A DNA stretch of 64,000 nucleotides from an uncultured Gemmatimonadales bacterium (GTDB taxonomy: Bacteria; Gemmatimonadota; Gemmatimonadetes; Gemmatimonadales; GWC2-71-9): contig CAWJIM010000005.1 in the NCBI GenBank assembly GCA_963842945.1, positions 128,001 through 192,000 on the forward strand, in the 5' to 3' direction. The position numbers were made by a program, and so were the translations under genes. The stretch's first letter is position 1, and each line of letters begins with the position of its first letter. The notes under the pieces are model-generated. The model was not told where the DNA came from. It saw only the letters and a program-made list of their open reading frames with translations, and searched no databases. Below are positions 58,155 through 64,000 of the stretch, in pieces.

Positions 58155-61100
58155 AGCGGCTCCGCAGACTGAAACTGGGCGGCACGTTGCCGGCCTCGAC
58201 CTTGGCCCGGAGCCAGCGCTGCAGCGCGTACTCCACCTCGAAGCTCGGGCCGAGGTTGTATCCCGTCTGTTGCGCCCGCGTATCCAGCTGGATCGGGAGA
58301 TTCATGCTGAGAAACAGGCTGGAGCCCACGTATCGCCCGGCGGTCAGCGTCAGCCCGCGAACTCCCTCGGGCTTGATCTGGAAGACGTCGAGTCCCAGTC
58401 GCTTCTCCGCCGAAGTGGACAGGCTCCCGGTGAGAGTGCCCAACGCTACGGCGGCCCCCATCTCTCCCGTGCTCTGTCCGCCCGAGCCCTGGGCCAGCGG
58501 ATTATCCGACGAGGGGCGGCCGGTCACGAGGTAGGAGAGGATGTCGTCCTGGCTCATATCGGGCTGGCTGGTAAACTCGAGCGCCAGACTGTCCAGGTGA
58601 CCCTTGGCGGCAACGTCGACGACGACTCCCTCGTCATCCGGTCCACCCTGAGTCGGCACCTGATATTCGGCGGTGACGTCCAGCGTGGTGGAATCGACTG
58701 GTCCGTTGAGCCGGATGTTACCGCCGGTGAGCCGGAACTCGCGTCCGTACACGTCCAGGGTTCCCCGTCCCGGTACCGGCTCGACCTTTCCGAAGAACTG
58801 CATTGGCTGCCCCGGGTCCTGCCGCAGCCGGATCCGGCCGCTCAGCTCGATCTCAGCCTTGGGACTGGTGGTTCGGCGGAACCACACCCGGTTGGGGAGC
58901 CGCATATTGAGATCGAGATGGAAGCGGTCCACCAATCCCGGGCTCTCGTGGACCTGGGCCAACACCGCCGGCCCAAACTCCCGTGCCAGCTGCCGAAGAT
59001 CCTCGGGCGTGAGCTCGACCTTCTCCACCGTCACCGCGGTTTGCGCGCCGCCCATGATGATGTCCGTCCGGCCCATGGTGAGGTTGCCGGTGAGCGACGG
59101 CTTCGCGGCGGTGCCCTGGAGCCGGAGATCGCCCGAGGCCACCGCCTGCAGAGAAGAGGAATTGGAGATCCGGAAGTTGCTCAGCTTGGCGGTGAGATCG
59201 AGTGCCGGATCGTTGAACGGCCGCAGCCGGACGACGCCCTGCGCGGTGAGCGACTGCTTCTTGTCGGTGAGGAGCTGGAACTGCTCGATCCGTAGCTCAT
59301 CGCCCGAGAGCCGTCCGACCATGCCGCCGTCACGATAGCTCAGTCCTAGTGGCGGCAGTGCCACCGCGACACCAGTCACCTCCAGGGTGCCGTCGGCGCG
59401 CGGTGCCTTGACCGGTCCGCTCACTCGCGCTTTAGCGATCAACCTTCCGCGAAGGTCTCGGGCCGCGTCCGCCCGCAGGAGTGGGTTGAATACGGCGAGA
59501 TCGAAGCTGTCGGCCTGCACCGCGAGGGCGAGCGTGTCGGCTGCTGGCGTCACCCCTACGTTGTTTCCACTGTCGGTGGGAGTGAGTGTGAGGCGCCAAG
59601 GCAAGGTGCCGTTCACCGTCAGCCGCCCGCCTCTCACCGGCACCGTCGCGGCGTTGATCGCAAGCCCCTCTCGAGTCCAGTTGATCCCGGTCTGTACCCG
59701 GCCGGTCTCTCGACCGTCGCTCTGACGGATCCCGAGCCCCAGCTTTCCCTGTAGCGTCGGCTCCGCCGCGGTCCCCTGCAGGCGAAGCCATCCATCGAGT
59801 CGTCCGCCGATGGGCGCGAGCCCGAGAGAGCGGAGTGTTTCGAGATTCAGATCGGTGATATGGACGCCGATGTCGCTCGAGTGCTGCGGGTCGTAGAGGC
59901 CGTCGACGATGATTCGGTGCCTGCCGGACCGGAGGGCGAATCCATCTACCGCTACGCGAGGCCGGAGCTCGAGCTGGGCGGGCTGTTCCAGGGTCCAGGA
60001 GCTGTCGCCCTGCGTCAGGTCGAGCCGCTGGAGCGTGGCGCGCATGGTGTCGGACTGCACCGTTCCTCGCAATGCAGTGACGATTCGGGCGCTGTCTCCC
60101 AGAGCCACGTCCCCATCCAGGGTGACCAGCGAATCGTAGCGCGCGGCCATTCGCGCCTCTGGAATTCTCATCTTACCCGAGGCCGCGTCCTTCACCCGGA
60201 GCTCTCCCCGCATTCCGGAGAGATGGGTGCTGTCGATTGCTGCGGTAGCACGGAGCGTCACCCGATCGGCGAGGTTTCCGCCTGCCAGGATGCGATTGAT
60301 CTGGCCCGCTCCATCGAGTCGCCAGCGCCAGGCCGGCCCCGCCAGGGTGAGCGCCATGCTCGCCGAATCGAGCGAGATCGAATCGCCGATGAATGGGGCA
60401 AGCGGTGCGAGGTTGTAGGTGGTCCCGGTGATCCGTAGGGTGCCCGGCCCGGCCTCTCTCCGGAGCGCGATCCGCCCGTGGCCGCCCAGCGCCAGCACGT
60501 TCGATCGGACGAGGAGGGTGTCTACCCGGATGGCTCCGGAATCGGGTCCCAGCGCCAGGTGCGCCGAGTTGATGCGTATGTCTCCGATCCCTCCGATCGC
60601 GTTCACATTGCCGTCGAGGGAGAGGAGACCCGCGCTGTCTCCGGCGGCGTTGAGCGTAAAGCTGGACTCGAGACGTCCGTCCGCATCCGCCCGCCCGGTC
60701 CAGCGCGCGAGACGCTCGAGCCGGAGCGTGCCGGTGGTGTGGACCTGCGTCGCCTTGCCGGTCTGTCCTTTCAGCTCGGCCTCGAGCTCACCGTCTCGGC
60801 CCGTTAGCCGCAGCTCACCCTGAAGCGCGTCACCCTTCAGGTTCAGCCTGACTCGGCCTCCCTGCAGCTGGGCCTGGTTGATTCGGGATGAGAGCAGCTC
60901 CAGCGACAGGTCGGCTTGCCTGGTTGCGGCGGAGTCTCCCGAGAGCTGAGCGGTGAAGCTGGCGTTGATGCTGGTATGCAGATCGGCACGACCCATCAAG
61001 GTGCCGAGATCGATCGAGTCGGCCTGGCTTCGCCGGATCGCGAGCGAGCGCCCACCCGCGAGCTGCTGACCATCTCCGGCCAGGGCCACCCTTCCGCCGT

Positions 61101-63259
61101 TGGTGCGAACGAAGCCGTCATAGGTAAGCCGGACTCCGTTCAGCGTCAGGTCGACTGAACCAGAGGTGACCTCGAGCTTTCCCAGCCGCGACGGCTCAAC
61201 CGTGACCCTGCCTTCCACCGAACGGCGGTTGCCCCGCACTCGGCCACTCCCGGTGGCACGCAGGGTGACCGGTCCCGCGAGATCTGAGCGACCGAGGAAG
61301 CTCCCGAGGTCTACTCCCTCGAGCGAGGCGGTGCGAAGAAGAAAGGTCTTGGTCTGAGCAAAGGGACGGGCATCGGCCTCCAGCCTGATGCGTCCGCCCT
61401 CGAGCGGCCCACCGAAAGCAAGGCGCGCTGCACCACGAGCCAGCCAAGCTTGTCCCGAGAGTTTCTCGATCCGGTGGGAGCCGTAACGCAGCTCATCGAG
61501 ATCGAGACGGAGAGAGGCGACGGCCTGATCCGGTGCCGTGCCGCGTCCCCGGAGGGAGAATCGGCCCGAGAGCGGGCCCATGGCCGTGTCCGCGCCGAGC
61601 CGGGGGCCAGATCCACCCGGTCGATCCTGCCATGCCGCACTTCGTAGGTCAGGGTGTCACCTAGCTGCGCGACCGCGTGCGCCGTGACGGTGCCGCCGCC
61701 GGCGAGGAGCTCGGGGTTCAGCTGGGAGCCGCCCCCGTGCCAAAGCGAACGAAGCGTGTCCCAGGCTCATAGGGATCTTCTCCGGAGGTTTGGCAGAGCT
61801 GTGAGGGACAACCTCGCCCTTCACTCGGGCCGTCTTGGGTGAGAGTCCGGCACCGGCGAGCCGAAAGCGGACCTCGAGCGCGGACACTCCGGAGTCGCCG
61901 CTCAACTTGCGGGCAACAGCCCTGCTACCGGGGAGATCCGTCGCTGTTCCGCGGAGCCGATACTCAGGAACCGAATCGAAGGGACGGATCCGCCCGGTTC
62001 CGGCGAGCGTCCCTTGCTCGATCGTGCCACGCCAGCTCACCGCGGCACTGCCGTTACGGATATCGGCCTGAAGCCCGAGGCGGTGAAATCGAGTTTCCCG
62101 CCACTCGGGAAGGCGCGAGTCGGAGCTCCACCCTTCCGCCGCTCTGTTTGAGCGTGACTCCTCTGAGGTCGGCTGCGACGTTGCCGTTGAGGCTCCCCGA
62201 GGGCGCGGTCTTGTAGAGGCGAGCGGGGTCGAGCCGGCGCATGCTGCCGCGCAGCCGGTAGTCGGCTTTGCCTTTGGTCAGAGGTGCGACGCCGTCGAGG
62301 GTGAAATCTGCTCGTCCAGACGTCCGCCGAGGTGGGCAGTGACCAGCCCGTCGCCCGAGCCCCTCGCGCTCGCGTCCAGATGAAGGTCTCCCTCTTGAAT
62401 GCCGCCGCGGGGACCACGGCAGCCAGATCGGCCAGGGCGAGCGGCGTTGCCTGGAGCCGGACATCGAGCAGCTCCGCCAGGCGTGGATCCTCGAGATTTC
62501 TCGGCAGCACCACCCGCCCGGCGATCCGGGTCTCCTCTGTCTGGATCCGTGGCGGATCGAAGCGGAATTCGGCCGCGGTAATCGCGCCTCGAGTCGCCAG
62601 CGCGAACCAGCGGCTACTCCCCGGTGGCGAGAGGCCGAAGTTGAGCTGGTCGAGTGCCAGGAGCACCGTGTCGCCCACCACGAGATCGCGCCCCGCCAGG
62701 TTGAGTCCTCGGATCCGCACCACGGAGTCGGGGCTCAGCTCGGCCATCAGCTGCACATCGCGCAGCTTCAAGTTCTCGATTCGGATTCCACCGCCGTGCT
62801 TCGTCGTGTCCGCCGAGCTCTTGAGAGCAGAGGCCAGGTCCCAGGTTTTTCCCTCCCGATGGGCCTCCGCCCGGGCGCCGCTCACAGTGAGTTCGCGCAG
62901 CCGGGTCACCGGGCCCCGCAGCTCTCTCAGGTCGTAGCCCAGCTCGAGCCGGTCCGGCCGCGCCAGCTCGCGATCTTCCAGATCAGCCGCACGTCCTCGA
63001 GCGCGAGACGATGACAGTCCCCGCTGACCCGTCCGACTTGGAGCTGGTAGCCGGGGTTGAATGGAACGACGGTGATGATCCGGCGCACCGCCCAGGTCGC
63101 GACCGGCGGGAGTTGCAACAGGGCGAGGAGAGTGACTATCACAGTCAGGACGCTCGTGCCGATGATGGCAAGCAGACGAGCCCAGCGACGGTAAGGCATG
63201 GACTCCGATCGGAGAGAGGCCACACGAATTGTGCGGGTGGGAGTTACGTCCGTGGCCAT
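58144..63259 (-). CDS. tamB: Translocation/assembly module TamB; several frameshifts in the 5' third
   Basis: N-terminal TM anchor (62927-63259 ORF), long beta-rich body, DUF490-like end (MSQDDILSYLVTGR, LGLDVFQI, GRYV). Confidence 0.85.
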
Positions 63260-63281
63260 GAGGGGATCACCCCGCTCACCG

Positions 63282-64000
63282 CTACCGCCCCATCAAGCCG
63301 GCGAGGAGCGTTCGCGCTCGGCCCACCTCACGCAGCAGCGACGGCTCGGGATTCGATCGAAGGGCGACGTAGCGCCGAAGCGGCTGAATGGCTGCCGTGG
63401 TATCTCCCGCCTGGAGCGCGAGGCGAGCCTGTTCCCTCAGGTAGGTTGAGTGATATGCGGGACTCAGTGGTAGTGCGACCCACTCACGGGCGATCGCCCG
63501 GCGGGCACCCGGGAGATCGCCGGTCGCTTCCCGCAGCCGAGCGGTCGCCGAGAACTGGTCACCGGCCAGTCGGACGAAGACGTTGCTCGCGAGGTTAATC
63601 GAGTCAGCCCGGTCGAGTAGAGTGAGGTAATCCGGTCGGTGTTCCCGCCACGCGAGCCAGGCCTCCAGCAGGTCGGCACACACCGCCCGATCGTCATCCT
63701 GATATACCTCCTGATCCGCGAGACGAATCGGAGTGCAGCCGGTTCCAGCGCGCCTGAACGCCCGCCGAGTCTCCGCGACTGAGCGACCACAGTCCCAGAC
63801 GACAGTGGGCACGCATGTGGGCAGCGGCGATGATGGGGTCGGAGGCTTTGGAGGACCCCGGCTTCGAGAGCGCCCGGACATCCGCGGCGGCGACGGCCGT
63901 GTCTCCATCCTGGAACAGGGCGTCGTCGATTCGCTGTTGCCGCGCCCACCCGGGCCACGGCTCTCCCGACTCGAGGCTGTCGGTGAGCGCCAGTGCTGCG
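63282..64000 (-). CDS. C-terminal part of a helical-repeat (TPR-like) protein; start outside window; frameshifted
   Basis: ARLREATGDLPGARRAI..YLREQARLALQAGDTTAAI..YVALRSNPEP. Confidence 0.55.
   Translation of the reverse strand, partial: QHWRSPTASSRESRGPGGRGNSESTTPCSRMETRPSPPRMSGRSRSRGPPKPPTPSSPLPTCVPTVVWDCGRSVAETRRAFRRAGTGCTPIRLADQEVYQDDDRAVCADLLEAWLAWREHRPDYLTLLDRADSINLASNVFVRLAGDQFSATARLREATGDLPGARRAIAREWVALPLSPAYHSTYLREQARLALQAGDTTAAIQPLRRYVALRSNPEPSLLREVGRARTLLAGLMGR

Overview
GC-rich bacterial chromosome segment. Gene content and protein style suggest Gemmatimonadota (inference). At least 14 otherwise intact genes, including leuS, carry 1-nt-type frameshifts, most simply explained as long-read consensus errors. 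Core content: serine biosynthesis (DUF1015-serA-serC), sufE plus a short rho, ada, an ergothioneine cluster (egtB-egtD-egtA plus a rhodanese), arginase, a selenocysteine formate dehydrogenase operon (in-frame UGA plus SECIS), a cyanophycin operon (iadA-cphB-cphA plus a CphA-like protein with no ATP-grasp domain), a degenerate EgtB paralog, leuS, an accessory block (about 43.3-56 kb) and tamA/tamB. Most notable unexplained structure: (1) two homologous, covarying ~90-nt hairpins in inverted orientation between the divergent cyanophycin operon and the EgtB paralog, each with a G-rich SD-like tract followed by AUG-UAG in its loop; (2) an exact 19-bp motif, GGGTGATCCACACCACGGT, found three times in the accessory block, twice next to decayed partial gene duplicates; (3) 7/8-mer tandem arrays and a REP-like element that follow stop codons with consistent polarity and also sit inside leuS; (4) a c-di-GMP-I-type riboswitch with an overlapping terminator upstream of an epoxide hydrolase. 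No rRNA, tRNA, CRISPR array, integrase or transposase was recognised. All calls are by eye; no searches were run.
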